Assembly: GCA_963555755.3 (NCBI GenBank) | Contig: OY820905.2 | Coordinates: 1,184,001-1,248,000, forward strand | DNA: 64,000 bases | Direction: 5' to 3' | Source: Nitrospirales bacterium | GTDB taxonomy: Bacteria > Nitrospirota > Nitrospiria > Nitrospirales > UBA8639 | Part shown: piece by piece, positions 22,918 to 32,589 of the stretch | Position numbering within the stretch: position 1 is the first letter of the stretch | Layout of the letters: the number at the start of each line of letters is the position of its first letter | The notes under the pieces: model-generated | What the model saw: the letters and a program-made list of their open reading frames with translations, nothing else | Database searches by the model: none | What the model was told of the DNA's origin: nothing | Position numbers and translations under genes: made by a program

Positions 22918-23457
22918 TCAGAATTCTTTCTCGGGAATATCTTTGAATGACACGTTGAAATACGCAACGTTCGGATGTTGAAATTCCAAGCGCTTTTCTT
23001 TGACCGGGAAGGCACGTTCCCCAATAGCCAACAACTGCTCTTTATTTAACTCCAAATCGCGTTTGTTAGACACAGCCCATTCGAATTCCTGGGTCATGGC
23101 CAAGGCATCAACCGGGCAGGCTTGGACGCACATTCCGCAAAACAGACATCGCGTCATGTCCATGTAGTATTCTTTGGCATACCGCTTGGTGGGTTCACCC
23201 GGCACTTCGGCGCTCACGACTCGAATTACCCGCGACGGACAGGCTGCCTCACACAAATCACAACCCACACATTTTTCTGTGTCGTCATCGTACCGAAGAA
23301 GGGCCAACATCCCTCGATAATTACTCGGCAAGGACTTTTTGACATGCGGATATTCCAAGGTAATGGGGCGGTAATGCAGCAAGTGCTTCATCGTCTGCTT
23401 CATCCCTATCAGGATCTCGTAAAAAATCAGTGTTTTGAGCCACGCTTTGATTTTCAT
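22918..23457 (-). CDS. nuoI: NADH-quinone oxidoreductase subunit I
   Basis: Two CxxCxxCxxxCP ferredoxin motifs (CVGCDLCEAACP, CLFCGMCVQACP). Confidence 0.96.
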   Translation of the reverse strand: MKIKAWLKTLIFYEILIGMKQTMKHLLHYRPITLEYPHVKKSLPSNYRGMLALLRYDDDTEKCVGCDLCEAACPSRVIRVVSAEVPGEPTKRYAKEYYMDMTRCLFCGMCVQACPVDALAMTQEFEWAVSNKRDLELNKEQLLAIGERAFPVKEKRLEFQHPNVAYFNVSFKDIPEKEF

Positions 23458-23479
23458 GAAAATCTCAACTTCATCCTTA

Positions 23480-23641
23480 GGAGCCTGTCCCAGATTAGAC
23501 GGATCTACTCCGAATGCGCTGGATTTGGCCAGATGTTTCGATCCTTCTCGTTAAATAGTCCCACTATTCGCCTCAAACGATCGAACCATCTGACTCAAAC
23601 CAGCACATCCTCGTAACGATCGCTAATCTCGGACAGGCTCC
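23480..23641. mobile_element. Family H element, copy 2 (terminal C forms part of the nuoH TAG stop)
   Basis: ggagcctgtcc...ggacaggctcc flanked by TTA / TAA. Confidence 0.9.
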
Positions 23642-24696
23642 TAATGGAAAATATAGGCCAGGATGGACGTGATCACGACATTGCCCAAGGCAATCGGCAG
23701 AAGCACCTTCCATCCGAACCGCATGAGTTGGTCATACCGAAGCCGTGGAAGGGTGGCGCGAATCCAGAAAAATAAAAAGAGGAAGAACGCCACTTTTAGC
23801 GAAAACCACATGATCCCGGTCACCCAGGCCAAATCACCAGGGGCTTGAAGAATTGGCAACGGCGCGTCCCATCCACCAAAGAAGAGAACAGTTGCCACAC
23901 ACGACACCAGAATCATGTTGGCGTATTCGGCCAAAAAGAAAAACGCAAACCGCATCCCACTGTATTCGGTAAAGAACCCAGCCACCAGCTCACTTTCGGC
24001 TTCGGGAAGATCAAACGGCACCCGGTTGGTCTCAGCAATAGAAGCAATCAGAAACACAACAAACGCAATAAACTGAGGGGCTGGAAAAGCAAACGCATAC
24101 CAATTCCAAAAACCGCCAAGTTGGTTTTCCGTAATCGTGACTAAGCTCAGGCTCCCAGACAACAACAACACGCCAACAATAGCCAATCCCACGTTTAACT
24201 CATAACTGATTAACTGGGCTGCCGCCCGGAGTCCACCCAACAAGGAATATTTACTGTTTGATGCCCACCCACCCAAAATAATTCCATACGCGCCAATAGA
24301 GGCAAAGGCCAAGATGTATAACACGCCAATGTTAATATCACTGATGACAAAGGGTTTAAATTGAACACCGAACATCTCGACATCCCAGGAGGGCCCAAAG
24401 GGAATCACGGCGAACCCAATGAGGGCCGGAACCAACACTAAAATGGGAGCCATACTAAACATAATTTTGTTGGCCCCAGCAGGAATAATGTCTTCTTTAA
24501 AGAACAACTTTAATCCATCAGCAACGGGTTGGAGGATGCCATAGGGACCCACTTCCATTGGTCCCATCCGATCCTGCATCCAACTCAGCACCTTGCGCTC
24601 CATGAGTGTGAGCACGGCAACGGTGAGCAACACCACGCCCATGACCACAGTAATTTGCGACACCGTGAGCGCCAATCTCAGAACAACTTCATTCAC
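23641..24696 (-). CDS. nuoH: NADH-quinone oxidoreductase subunit H
   Basis: ERK...Q.R.GP, DGLKLFFKED, ETNRVPFDLPEAESELVAG, PRLRYDQLM. Confidence 0.97.
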   Translation of the reverse strand: MNEVVLRLALTVSQITVVMGVVLLTVAVLTLMERKVLSWMQDRMGPMEVGPYGILQPVADGLKLFFKEDIIPAGANKIMFSMAPILVLVPALIGFAVIPFGPSWDVEMFGVQFKPFVISDINIGVLYILAFASIGAYGIILGGWASNSKYSLLGGLRAAAQLISYELNVGLAIVGVLLLSGSLSLVTITENQLGGFWNWYAFAFPAPQFIAFVVFLIASIAETNRVPFDLPEAESELVAGFFTEYSGMRFAFFFLAEYANMILVSCVATVLFFGGWDAPLPILQAPGDLAWVTGIMWFSLKVAFFLFLFFWIRATLPRLRYDQLMRFGWKVLLPIALGNVVITSILAYIFH

Positions 24697-24783
24697 AGAT
24701 CATCTCCTTACAGTAGGCTGGTCATCAATTTAGGTATCAGCTACACCAACGAAAAAATCTGGTTCACGAATTGCGACGACTAA

Positions 24784-24940
24784 GGGTTCGCGCAAGAATA
24801 ACTTCCCATGTTTGGGTGCTGAGACGCCTGTCTGGCAAGGCGCGAGGACTGCGCATACTCCTCGTATGGAAAGGACGAGCAACGCCGCCAGACTGGATGG
24901 ATCGACGCCCAAACAGGGGAATTTATTTTTGCGCGAGCCC
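24784..24940 (+). mobile_element. Family A element, copy 4 (TAA direct repeats; terminal C in the nuoG TAG stop)
   Basis: TAA at 24781-24783 and 24941-24943. Confidence 0.92.
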
Positions 24941-27615
24941 TAAGCAACCCGATCAACACGAACCTGTGTGGTTTTCCAACACGGCACATGATTGCGTTCA
25001 TCAACTGTCACACGAAAGAGTAGACGAAGTTCGTGATCAAAATGTTCCGGGAACCATGCCACGCCAGGGGGTATCCGATCAACCAGTTTTACTGGAACGG
25101 TTACATCTCCATTCCCATTCGACAGACGCACGCTGGCTCCATCGTCCACACCAATCCGAGTCGCATTCTCAGGATTCAAACTGAGCACCCCACTGTCTTG
25201 AATCTGTGTCAGTCCTTTGGATCGCGTACTAAATTTTCCGGAATGATACATCGATTGTCCCAGGACCAGGGTCAACGCCCCGTCACGTGCTAAGATCTTT
25301 TTTGTCAACGCATATCGAACATGCACATCTTCCTTGAACCCTTCACGAAGGTACTGTTCCACCACATCAGCTTTGGCCACATAGGGTATCGACGTCGGTC
25401 CCAACAACCCATATTGGGGAATGAGGCCACGAATCTCTTTGAAGATTTCCTTGGCCTCTCCATATTCCATGGGTGAATCCATGAGCACAGACAAAGCGGA
25501 AAAGATTTCCCAATCCGGTTGGCTTTCTCCAACCGGCTCGATGGATTTGCGCACAGGTTGGACATGGCCTTCGGTATTCGTAAAGGTCCCATCTTTTTCG
25601 ACTGCCGAAGCAGCGGGCAGCACGACGTGCGCTTTCTTGGCCGTGTCCGTCATATAGAGCTCTTGACACACTATAAATTCCAGCGCATCAAGCGACTCAG
25701 ACACCTTGGCATCAGATGGCAAGGATTCAAGGGGATTTTCTCCAACAATAAACATCGCCTTAAGACTGCCCTGACGGGCTCGATCAAACATCTCCAACAT
25801 GGTGGCTCCGGGAGTCGTCGGGACACTCATGCCCCAGATTTTCGACAGTGTGGCTTGGGCCATGTCATTGTTGGCCTTCGAAGGCCCAGGAAGATACTCG
25901 GCCACAACGCCCATTTCGATGGCGCCCTGTTCATTGTTTTCTTCAGCCAAGACGCCTAAGCCGGAACCCTGGGCACCGTGGTGTCCAGAAAGAATCAACA
26001 GGTCAAGCAGATTGGTGACAATGCCTTCACCACCTATGTCTCGAAGCACTCCCTGTCCAGCAAGAACAACCAACCGTTGTGCCTGACTCAATGTTCGGGA
26101 AGCAGAATTAAACTGATCTGAAGACAATCCAACAGCTTGTTGAATCTCTTGCCATGAGATCTTTTCGACCTCGGCAATAATGGTACGCGCAAACTCAGTG
26201 GCCTTTCCTGAAGTTCGTTCATCGACCAAATTCTGCTCTACCAGTGCCTTCATCAATCCAAGCACGGCGACATCAAAGCACCCCGGGAGCACGGTCAAAT
26301 GATGAGTGGCTAAGGTCGTGATATTACTAACGGTTGAAAAAGCGGGGACCGCAGTTTCAAGCGTGATGAGCTTGGCCCCGCACTTTTTGACAGCTTGTTT
26401 GACTTTCAACCCGGTAATGGGATTCGCTTCGGTAATACTCGTACCAACTAGCAACACCACATCCGCTTCCACAATATCCTCAAACGAAACGGTCCACCGG
26501 TGAGTACCTTGCACACGTTGAAGGGCTTTAACACCATTAATATACCCATACCGCGCACTACTATCCACGTGAGGAGTTCCGACTACACCTCGCATAAATT
26601 TCTGAAATGCGTAGAGTTCCTCATTGGTGCAACGGGCCGTAATGAGCCCACCGATGGCATCAGCCCCATGAGCGGCCTTAATCTGAGAAAAATTTTCGGC
26701 GACCCGTTCCAGCGCGTCTTCCCACGTGACTTCGGCAAACGATCCATCAGCTTGTCGTATTAACGGATTCTGTAACCGATCAGGATGCACATTCGCGTGA
26801 TAGCCAAAATACCCTCGGGCACACAGATCGCCATCATTGCGACCTGCGCCCAACGTAGAATTGACTTCGATGAGATCTTCATCTTTTCGTTGCACAGTCA
26901 TCTGGCAACCATCACCGCAGAAATTACAAATGGTTTCCGACCGTTTCAGCATCCAAGGCCGGAAGTCATACATCGACAAACGGCTCGTGATCGCCCCAAC
27001 CGGGCAAATTTGAATACACCCGCCACAAAAATCACACTCGAGTTCGTTCCCGGCCCAATGAGATATTTGGGTCATGGTCCCACGACCCACTGGAGCTAAC
27101 GCCTTGGCATCCATCACTTCTTCGCAGTACCGCACACAACGCATGCATGACACGCACCGGTTCATCTGCGTTTCAATGAGTGGGCTGAGATATTCCTTGG
27201 GAAACACACGCTTGAGTTCCGTAAAACGACTTATCGTGGGCGTGTATTCGTGGGAGAAGTCCTGCAAATCGCACCGACCCCCTTGATCACAGACTGGACA
27301 ATCCAGCGGGTGATTGACTAGCAACAATTCCAGCATCGATTTCCGTGCTGACTCGACATGAGGGACGGACGAACGTACGACCATCCCGTCAGCCACTCGT
27401 GTACTACAGGAGGTCTGGAGTTTGGGAATTTTTTCGATCTCGACCAAGCACATCCGACAATTGGCATCGGGCTCAAGCTTGGGGTGATAACAGAAATGCG
27501 GAATCATCACCCCAATTTGCCGAGCGGCCTCGATGACCAGGGTGCCCTCGGGAACTTGATTGGAGATCCCGTCGATGGTGATCGCGACCATTTTTTTGGT
27601 TTCAGTCATTGCCAT
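24940..27615 (-). CDS. nuoG: NADH-quinone oxidoreductase subunit G (long form)
   Basis: PHFCYH..CRMC, HPLDCPVCDQGGRCDLQ, CVSCMRC, CxxCGDGC, molybdopterin-oxidoreductase-fold C-terminus. Confidence 0.95.
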   Translation of the reverse strand: MAMTETKKMVAITIDGISNQVPEGTLVIEAARQIGVMIPHFCYHPKLEPDANCRMCLVEIEKIPKLQTSCSTRVADGMVVRSSVPHVESARKSMLELLLVNHPLDCPVCDQGGRCDLQDFSHEYTPTISRFTELKRVFPKEYLSPLIETQMNRCVSCMRCVRYCEEVMDAKALAPVGRGTMTQISHWAGNELECDFCGGCIQICPVGAITSRLSMYDFRPWMLKRSETICNFCGDGCQMTVQRKDEDLIEVNSTLGAGRNDGDLCARGYFGYHANVHPDRLQNPLIRQADGSFAEVTWEDALERVAENFSQIKAAHGADAIGGLITARCTNEELYAFQKFMRGVVGTPHVDSSARYGYINGVKALQRVQGTHRWTVSFEDIVEADVVLLVGTSITEANPITGLKVKQAVKKCGAKLITLETAVPAFSTVSNITTLATHHLTVLPGCFDVAVLGLMKALVEQNLVDERTSGKATEFARTIIAEVEKISWQEIQQAVGLSSDQFNSASRTLSQAQRLVVLAGQGVLRDIGGEGIVTNLLDLLILSGHHGAQGSGLGVLAEENNEQGAIEMGVVAEYLPGPSKANNDMAQATLSKIWGMSVPTTPGATMLEMFDRARQGSLKAMFIVGENPLESLPSDAKVSESLDALEFIVCQELYMTDTAKKAHVVLPAASAVEKDGTFTNTEGHVQPVRKSIEPVGESQPDWEIFSALSVLMDSPMEYGEAKEIFKEIRGLIPQYGLLGPTSIPYVAKADVVEQYLREGFKEDVHVRYALTKKILARDGALTLVLGQSMYHSGKFSTRSKGLTQIQDSGVLSLNPENATRIGVDDGASVRLSNGNGDVTVPVKLVDRIPPGVAWFPEHFDHELRLLFRVTVDERNHVPCWKTTQVRVDRVA

Positions 27616-27625
27616 TTCATAACAC

Positions 27626-28939
27626 CTAAATACTCAAAACCGGAATTTCTTTTTCTTTTCTCGTCGCACGTACCGCTTCAGCTTCTTCAATCAACGCTTC
27701 ATACTCATGACGCCAGTATTGCAACGTACTTTGGACCGGCGCAATTTCTGCATCACCAAAGGCACATACTGTACGGCCACCGATGTTTTCACAGATTTCC
27801 GTGAGCGTATCGAGGTCTTCCGGCCGTCCTTGTGTATTCTGAATTCTCTGGAGAATTTGCACGATCCAAGAACTTCCTTCCCGACAGGGCGTACACTTGC
27901 CGCAGGACTCATGGTAGAAAAACTCCATCAGCCGAAGGGCTGCCCACACCATGCTCGTGCCTTCTTCCATGACCGTTATTCCACCGGAACCCGACATGGA
28001 TCCTGCCATGGTCACGGATTCAAAATCCATTTGCACATCGATGTGTTCCGGAGTCAGAAATGGCGCTGAGGCTCCTCCTGGAATAAATGCTTTCAGAGGC
28101 TTATCCGATCGCATCCCTCCACCTATGTCAAAAATTAAATCCCGGAAGGTGGCATTCATCGGCAATTCAAAATTTCCGGGATTCTTGACATGCCCGCTGA
28201 GACAAAAGACACGAGTCCCCGTGCTTTTGGGTGGCGCACCGATTGCCGCAAACCATTCAGGACCACGATTCACAATATGGGGGATATTCGCCAAGGTCTC
28301 TACATTATTCACCACTGTTGGTTTTTGGTAGAGACCATGCGTGGCAGGGAACGGCGGTTTAATTCGCGGTTTGCCCCGCTTGCCTTCCAACGATTCAAGC
28401 AACGCGGTTTCCTCCCCACAAATATACGCTCCGGCTCCGGCATGAACATACATATTAATGGTCACCCCACTCCCATGAATATTCGAACCCAAATGCCCGG
28501 CTTGCTTGGCCTCTTCGATGGCGCGTTCTAAGATTTGGGCGCCTACTCGGAATTCGCCTCGTATATAGATATAACTCGTTTCCGCTCCGATGGCGTAACA
28601 CGTAATCGCCATCCCTTCCAACATCTGATGAGGATCGCGTTCCATGAGCTGTCGATCTTTAAATGTCCCCGGCTCACTTTCGTCTGCGTTACAGCACAGG
28701 TACTTCGGCCCCTGGTAATCTTTTGGAAGGAAACTCCACTTCACGCCTGTAGGAAACCCCGCGCCTCCCCGACCACGAAGACCAGATTTTTTGACCATCT
28801 CGACGATGTCGTTCTGCGGAACCCCGGCTAACACCTTCCGAAGAGCCTGATACCCTCCAGTCGCTTCATAGTCTTGAAGCGAACCGGTATACGCGGGGTT
28901 ACTCATATTTTTTGTTAAGATTTTTTCAAACGGTTCCAT
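27626..28939 (-). CDS. nuoF: NADH-quinone oxidoreductase subunit F
   Basis: GLRGRGGAGFPTG, NADESEPGTFKDR, YICGEETAL, ESCGKCTPCREG. Confidence 0.98.
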   Translation of the reverse strand: MEPFEKILTKNMSNPAYTGSLQDYEATGGYQALRKVLAGVPQNDIVEMVKKSGLRGRGGAGFPTGVKWSFLPKDYQGPKYLCCNADESEPGTFKDRQLMERDPHQMLEGMAITCYAIGAETSYIYIRGEFRVGAQILERAIEEAKQAGHLGSNIHGSGVTINMYVHAGAGAYICGEETALLESLEGKRGKPRIKPPFPATHGLYQKPTVVNNVETLANIPHIVNRGPEWFAAIGAPPKSTGTRVFCLSGHVKNPGNFELPMNATFRDLIFDIGGGMRSDKPLKAFIPGGASAPFLTPEHIDVQMDFESVTMAGSMSGSGGITVMEEGTSMVWAALRLMEFFYHESCGKCTPCREGSSWIVQILQRIQNTQGRPEDLDTLTEICENIGGRTVCAFGDAEIAPVQSTLQYWRHEYEALIEEAEAVRATRKEKEIPVLSI

Positions 28940-28960
28940 AGCAAATGTCTCTCTTCAGCT

Positions 28961-29100
28961 GTAACTGCTCAGGTTGCCCCTATTTTGCCTCAGGACAAGG
29001 CGCGAGGAGCGGAAAACCGGAGCGTATATGAGATACGTGAGGATTTGAGCACCACAGCAACGCCGTCCTGGGGTAAAAGGGGGGTGACATGAGTAGTTAC
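28961..29100 (+). mobile_element. Palindromic element family G (core shared with F, different arms)
   Basis: gtaactgctca...tgagtagttac arms; core GACAAGG..GCGGAAAACCGGAGCGTAT..ATACGTGAGGATTTGAGCAC..ACGCCGTC. Confidence 0.8.
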
Positions 29101-29107
29101 CTTCAGA

Positions 29108-29626
29108 TTACCGTGGTTCGGGCACCATATACGGTCCGCTTTTCAACGCACAATCACCGGTTCGTTTTAAATCCTCTAAGATCTGGCCGACTGTTTCTTC
29201 CGTTAAGCGCTCGTAGTACTCATCGTTGATTTGCATCATAGGGCCTGTGCCACATGACCCCAGGCACTCAACAACACTGAGCGTGAAAAATTTATCCGAT
29301 GTTGTTTGGCCAACGGCAATGCCAAGGTGCTTTTGCAGCCACTCGATCAAATTATCCGCCCGAACCAATGCGCACATTAAAGACCGGCACACCTGGATGT
29401 GAAACTTTCCAATGGGCTTGAGACTCAACATCGTATAAAACGTCGCCGTCTCAAAAACCTGAGGAGGAGTCAGGTCTAAAATCCTAGCGATTTCTTTCAT
29501 CGCCGATTGACTCACGTACCCTTCTTCTTTTTGAGCCAAATTCAACAAAGGAAGCAATACCGACCGCTTAATTGGATATCGGCTTAGGAGATCATCAATG
29601 TGGTCTTTATATTTTTCTAACAGCAT
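29108..29626 (-). CDS. nuoE: NADH-quinone oxidoreductase subunit E
   Basis: ATFYTM, VCRSLMC, ECLGSCGTGP 2Fe-2S ligands. Confidence 0.95.
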   Translation of the reverse strand: MLLEKYKDHIDDLLSRYPIKRSVLLPLLNLAQKEEGYVSQSAMKEIARILDLTPPQVFETATFYTMLSLKPIGKFHIQVCRSLMCALVRADNLIEWLQKHLGIAVGQTTSDKFFTLSVVECLGSCGTGPMMQINDEYYERLTEETVGQILEDLKRTGDCALKSGPYMVPEPR

Positions 29627-29637
29627 GATGTCTTTTT

Positions 29638-29712
29638 CGTGATGCGTAATCCGTGATGCGTGATCCGTAGAGAATTTTTTTTCGCTTTACGCTTTACGCA
29701 TAACGCGTCACG
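29638..29712. repeat. Inverted heptamer tandem array (CGT(G/A)AT(G/C))n...(TTACGC/TCACG)n
   Basis: cgtgatgcgtaatccgtgatgcgtgatccgt ... ttacgctttacgcataacgcgtcacg. Confidence 0.8.
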
Positions 29713-29716
29713 TTCC

Positions 29717-31468
29717 TCACCGGTCACATTCACCCATGACAATATCGTACGTGCCAAAAATTGTAATAATATCCGAGATCAAATACCCGCGCGCCATAAA
29801 ATCAAACGCGCCCATATGCACAAAGGATGGTGAGCGAATTTTCAGTCGATAGGGTCTTGGTCCTCCATCGCTAATCAAGAAAAATCCCAATTCTCCTTTG
29901 GGCACCTCCGTCCCACAATAGGTCTCACCTTTAGGTGGCTTGAATCCTTGAGTGAAAATGATGAAATGATGGATCAAGCTTTCCATATCTTGCATGACTT
30001 TAGGCTTAGGGGGAGGAATCACTTGCGGGAGATCCGCTATAATCGGGCCCTCCGGCATTTGCTCCAGACATTGCTCAACAATCCGAGCACTTTGCCGCAT
30101 TTCTTCCACCCGAATCCAGTACCGATCGTAGGTGTCTCCATCCTTGCCAACCGGCACATCCCATTCAACTCGATCATACGCACCATAGGGCTCGAGTTTC
30201 CGTATATCGTACGCGACTCCTGATCCACGTAACGTAGGACCGGTCAGCCCAAAATTAATCGCGTCTTCGCCAGAAATCACCGCCACACCTTTTGTTCGAG
30301 ACAGCCAAATACGGTTTGTCTTAAGAAGAATATCGTATTCCTTCAGATGCTCGGGAAACGTTCGCAGAAATTCTTTGAGCGTGGCGATGAGTTCCGGGGT
30401 CAAATCGCTATCCACTCCGCCAATTCGATAATAATTCAACGTCAAACGTGCGCCACAAAGATTTTCAAAGAAATCCAACAACACTTCCCGTTCCCGAAAC
30501 GTCCAAAAAAACACGGTCATAGCGCCGATATCCAAGGACTGGGTGCCCAACCAAAACAAATGGCCGATAATGCGTTGGATTTCCGCAATAATCGTTCGCA
30601 CATATTCCGCTCGCTCGGGTATCGTCACACCAACCAGCTTCTCCACGGCACGCACGTACGCATAGTTATTGGTCATGGCACACGTATAGTCCAAACGATC
30701 GGTATGCGGAATCACCTGCATGTAGTGGAGGCCCTCACACAGCTTCTCGACACCACGGTGCAAATAACCCAAATCCGGAATGGCCTTGATCACCCGCTCG
30801 CCATCAAGTTCCAGCACAACCCGCAACACACCATGCGTGCTCGGATGTTGGGGGCCCATATTGAGCAGCATTTCTGTTTTACGTTTCCCACTTCCCGGTG
30901 TATCTCCGGCCATGAACACATGCCGCTGATCATCGGGGATGTCGTCTTCGGTCCAGACACTGACCGGTTCGTCCAAGCGAGGCAAAAAATCAAAACGGCT
31001 CCGCCAACCCTTACCCTCAGTCGGAAAATCTTTTCGTAGGGGATGACCTTCATCATAGTCCTCCGGCAGAAGGATTCGCCGAAGATCGGGATGCCCATCA
31101 AAACGAATGCCCATGAGATCGAACACTTCGCGTTCAAGAAAATTAGCCCCTTGCCAAATCGAGGTCACGGTACCAATCGTGGGGTCATCTTCAGTCACAC
31201 GCGCTTTCAGGCGGATGCGAGTACAATGTGGAAGCGACAGAAATTGGTAAATCACCTCGAAGCGATCGGAATCATCGGGGTAATCGACGGAACAGATATC
31301 CGTGATATGATCAAAAGCCATACCCGGATCATCATGCAGAAAACGCGCAACATCCACCAGATCCTTCGCGCGAATCTTGGCAGACAACTCCCCTCGATGT
31401 TCATCTTCGGTAACCGAGAGGACTGCTGAGGGAAACCGTTCTTGTAATGTTTCGAGTACGCGATGCAT
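29717..31468 (-). CDS. nuoCD: Fused NADH-quinone oxidoreductase subunit C/D
   Basis: [21 protein letters not shown] (C) fused to [33 protein letters not shown] (D). Confidence 0.97.
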   Translation of the reverse strand: MHRVLETLQERFPSAVLSVTEDEHRGELSAKIRAKDLVDVARFLHDDPGMAFDHITDICSVDYPDDSDRFEVIYQFLSLPHCTRIRLKARVTEDDPTIGTVTSIWQGANFLEREVFDLMGIRFDGHPDLRRILLPEDYDEGHPLRKDFPTEGKGWRSRFDFLPRLDEPVSVWTEDDIPDDQRHVFMAGDTPGSGKRKTEMLLNMGPQHPSTHGVLRVVLELDGERVIKAIPDLGYLHRGVEKLCEGLHYMQVIPHTDRLDYTCAMTNNYAYVRAVEKLVGVTIPERAEYVRTIIAEIQRIIGHLFWLGTQSLDIGAMTVFFWTFREREVLLDFFENLCGARLTLNYYRIGGVDSDLTPELIATLKEFLRTFPEHLKEYDILLKTNRIWLSRTKGVAVISGEDAINFGLTGPTLRGSGVAYDIRKLEPYGAYDRVEWDVPVGKDGDTYDRYWIRVEEMRQSARIVEQCLEQMPEGPIIADLPQVIPPPKPKVMQDMESLIHHFIIFTQGFKPPKGETYCGTEVPKGELGFFLISDGGPRPYRLKIRSPSFVHMGAFDFMARGYLISDIITIFGTYDIVMGECDR

Positions 31469-31473
31469 AAAAT

Positions 31474-31560
31474 CGTGATCCGTAATGCGTAATGCGTGAA
31501 GCGTAAGATGATGACCCGTCTGTTTCTTTACGGATCACGCATCACGGTTCACGAATCACG
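31474..31560. repeat. Inverted heptamer tandem array
   Basis: cgtgatccgtaatgcgtaatgcgtgaagcgtaa ... ttacggatcacgcatcacggttcacgaatcacg. Confidence 0.8.
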
Positions 31561-31567
31561 TCTTCAT

Positions 31568-32047
31568 TTATTTCACGAAAACTTTTTCCTTTTGAATCTT
31601 CTCTTGCAGCTTGATCAGCCCATCTAGCAACGCTTCTGGCCGCGGAGGGCAACCCGCAATATAGATATCGACCGGAACAATCTGATCCACCCCCTGCACC
31701 ACACTATAACTATTGTAGTGATTCCCCGAGGTCGCACAGGACCCCATGGAAATGACATAGCGCGGTTCGGACATTTGATCATAAATACGACGAATGACGG
31801 GCGCCATTTTTCGACACACAGTCCCAGCGACAATCATGACATCTGATTGTCGCGGCGAAGCTCGAAACACGCCTGCCCCAAAACGGTCGATGTCATACCG
31901 AGAAGACGCCGTCGCGATCATTTCAATGGCACAACACGCTAATCCAAAGGTCATGGGCCACAAGGCCGACTTCCGACACCAACTCACCAGATAGTCAAGA
32001 TTGGTGGTTACGATATTGGGTTCAAACTGTCGTTCAAGAAGACCCAT
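31568..32047 (-). CDS. nuoB: NADH-quinone oxidoreductase subunit B
   Basis: [32 protein letters not shown]; start at ATG 32047 (upstream extension is heptamer repeat). Confidence 0.97.
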   Translation of the reverse strand: MGLLERQFEPNIVTTNLDYLVSWCRKSALWPMTFGLACCAIEMIATASSRYDIDRFGAGVFRASPRQSDVMIVAGTVCRKMAPVIRRIYDQMSEPRYVISMGSCATSGNHYNSYSVVQGVDQIVPVDIYIAGCPPRPEALLDGLIKLQEKIQKEKVFVK

Positions 32048-32061
32048 GAAGAAAATCCTTA

Positions 32062-32169
32062 CGTAATGCGTAATGCGTAATGCGTAATCCGTTATGCGTA
32101 AGGGGTGACACAAAAAGATGAAAAGGGAAATAGCTCTTTCACATTACGCATCACGCTTCACGCATCACG
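32062..32169. repeat. Inverted heptamer tandem array
   Basis: (cgtaatg)3 cgtaatc cgttatg ... ttacgcatcacgcttcacgcatcacg. Confidence 0.8.
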
Positions 32170-32172
32170 GTT

Positions 32173-32544
32173 TCAGTCCCATTCCAACGCACCTTTTTTC
32201 CAGACATACCAATAACCAACTACGAGGATAGCGATAAATAATCCCATTTCAATAAGTCCCAACAGGCCCAGTTTTTTAAAAGCCACGGCCCACGGGAACA
32301 TGAAGACGATTTCAATATCAAAAATCACGAATAGCATCGCGATGATGTAATACCGCATGGGAAATTGAATGCGCGCATCCGAAAACAACGGGCTGCCACT
32401 TTCGTAAGGAAGGAGTTTGGCTCGGTAGGGCCGACTCGGCCGCACGAACAATCCGATCACCAAGGAGACCACGCCAAAGGCAATCCCAATACCAATAAAG
32501 ATTGCGATGGGAATATAATTTAATGGAACGGCTTCACTACCCAT
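32173..32544 (-). CDS. nuoA: NADH-quinone oxidoreductase subunit A
   Basis: K..PYESG, YYIIAMLFVIFDIEIVF, WKKGALEWD. Confidence 0.96.
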   Translation of the reverse strand: MGSEAVPLNYIPIAIFIGIGIAFGVVSLVIGLFVRPSRPYRAKLLPYESGSPLFSDARIQFPMRYYIIAMLFVIFDIEIVFMFPWAVAFKKLGLLGLIEMGLFIAILVVGYWYVWKKGALEWD

Positions 32545-32589
32545 GTTCAATCAACCTTGGCAATGAATGTACGCGCGAACACAAAAATA

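Noticed and set aside
24940..27615. Formate dehydrogenase alpha subunit
   Set aside because: Position between nuoF and nuoH and the N-terminal Fe-S motifs fit NuoG; I could not identify the catalytic Cys/Sec-His motif of FDH
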